Shown: positions 62,501 to 64,000 of the stretch, piece by piece
Layout of the letters: each line of letters begins with the position of its first letter
How positions within the stretch are numbered: position 1 is the first letter of the stretch
DNA from: Geosiphon pyriformis uo1
Lineage: Eukaryota; Fungi; Glomeromycota
Assembly (NCBI GenBank): GCA_016748015.1
Contig: JAAOMT010000761.1
Coordinates: 111,331 to 175,330 of the forward strand
Length of the DNA: 64,000 nucleotides
Reading direction: 5' to 3'
Program-made: the position numbers and the translations under genes
The notes under the pieces: generated by a model
Seen by the model: the letters and a program-made list of their open reading frames with translations, nothing else
What the model was told of the DNA's origin: nothing
The model's database searches: none

Positions 62501-64000
62501 ATGACTACTGATTTCCATAGTAGTTCAGTATAGACAATTTTCATAAGTCACTGGAAAGTGGCTGGAGCATTCATTAAGCTGAATGACATCACTTCAAATT
62601 TAAAATTTTTTTCTTGAGTTGTAAAAACTGTTTTTTCTTTATCTTTTGGTTTCATGGCTACTTGCCAGTAACTACTGTTTAAATCTAGAGTTAAGAACCA
62701 TTTTTTTCTGCCAAAAGCATCAAAAAGTTTTTGGATCTTTGGAGTTAGGTAGCTATCTCTTTTTGTTACTCTATTTAGTTTTCAGTAATTCATACAGAAT
62801 CGGATTTTCCCATTCTTTTTCCAGACTAATACTACTGGTAATCACCATGGACTCATTAATGATTAAATTAGCTTGTTGTTAAGCATCCAATTGATTTCTT
62901 GACAAATGATCTCATGGCTGGCTGGTGGTACTTTGTATGCTCTCTGTTTAATTGGCATTGTATCTCCAGTCTTGATTTGGTGTTGGATAATGTCACTTCT
63001 GCCAAATTCATTTTCACTGGCAAAGATGTCATTGAAATTGTTAAGTAACATCTTGAGTTGTATTTATTAAAGTAGGTCTAAGTTTCCCATGTTCATCTGT
63101 TCCAATTGTTCTGGTTGGAGTAGAAAACATTTTTTTCATCTGTATATTGTTTAAGATGTGATATCTACATATTCACATAGTTGTGTAAAGTTTGGAATGG
63201 AGTTTGGTGATTGTTCTTTAATTTTGGTGGTTAAATATCTAATAATAGTCTTTTCTAGTATTTCAATGATATCTTCCATGTTGTTGTAAATAGGAATTTT
63301 GATGTAATTGTGGTTCTTGGCTGGTATGTGTAGATTGACTAATCTAATTTTTTCTGATTTACAAAGAGTTGTCTTTACTTTAAAAATCTGAATCTAATCC
63401 TTCACTTTTTTTTTATGACTACTATGTACTGGTTATATGATGAAATAGAAATTGGTTGACAGGTGGAGATAATTTCTCTCTTGTTAACAATTTCTTCCTC
63501 TGCCATATTAACTGATACATTTATTCTGCCTGTGGATCTGAAACCTTGCATCCCTCTAGCTGTGATCCCTAATTCCTCTCTGTTTTCCACTAATACTAAC
63601 TGAGCTATTTTTACCAGAGATAGAAATATTGCTTGTGCTATTTTTTCATTTGGATCTATAATATGTGCTTTTTCTGAGTCGTTTTGTAACATAGCAATAA
63701 TATTTTCTATGTATCTTGCATCAATTATTTCTTCTTTGATGTTGATTCTTTTTTTGGCTAAGCTACTCTTAGATGTTAACTGTACTATTGTTGTTGCTAG
63801 AATTTCCAGTGCTATTTTGAGATCAATGCAGGTGTGCAAATGAGATTTCAATTTGATAAGATTTTTTGCTATATTGGGTGGAGCTGGAACCATTGTTTTC
63901 ATTGTCATCATTGTCAAAGTTTGAATCAAAATTAAAATTTGATTCTGATTCTGATGCACAGCTGTTGATTGATTCTTCCTCTTCTGAGATTGTGTAGATC
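59594..64000 (-). mobile_element. Gypsy copy D body (ORF3, IN, RH, RT, dUTPase; 5' part beyond the right edge)
   Basis: dUTPase 63402-63959, RT 62155-63051, RH ending at stop 61706-61708, IN from ATG 61674, ORF3 60255-59608, PPT 59594-59609. Collinear with copy A. Confidence 0.93.

Noticed and set aside
116-62882. Many short plus-strand hydrophobic ORFs (e.g. 116-331, 7265-7549, 39729-39986, 56203-56433)
   Set aside because: Antisense shadows of A-rich minus-strand TE coding sequence, mostly with non-ATG starts and no motifs.

Overview
AT-rich eukaryotic DNA with spliceosomal GT-AG introns. The repeat families and gene style suggest a Glomeromycotina/Mucoromycota fungus, possibly Geosiphon-like (inference only). 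About 85% of the window is nested, decayed transposons, nearly all on the minus strand: six Ty3/Gypsy-type LTR retrotransposon copies (labelled A, E, B1, B3, C, D; C at 48992-58853 is structurally complete, with 984-bp LTRs and a 4-bp TSD), LTR fragments, a solo LTR, RNase H-bearing LINE pieces and MULE remnants. All carry heavy C>T/G>A transitions. A CpG-retaining island at ~13.2-23.1 kb holds a non-autonomous MULE, a 169-171 bp tandem array spanning an assembly gap, divergent EBP2 and MRF1 pseudogenes, a ~140-bp element present in two inverted copies, and the only intact gene, a 9-exon, 557-aa putative PD-(D/E)XK nuclease-fold protein with a C-terminal NLS. Main observation: in all six Gypsy copies (three families) Pol stops five codons after the RNase H LSR motif, and integrase restarts after a 31-64 nt A/C-rich spacer that does not preserve frame (at ATG in five copies, at a decayed ATA in E). 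In the four copies where the 3' end is visible, a third non-env ORF follows. The elements therefore appear tri-cistronic: Gag-PR-Cys-rich-dUTPase-RT-RH | stand-alone IN | ORF3. All coordinates and alignments were made by eye.
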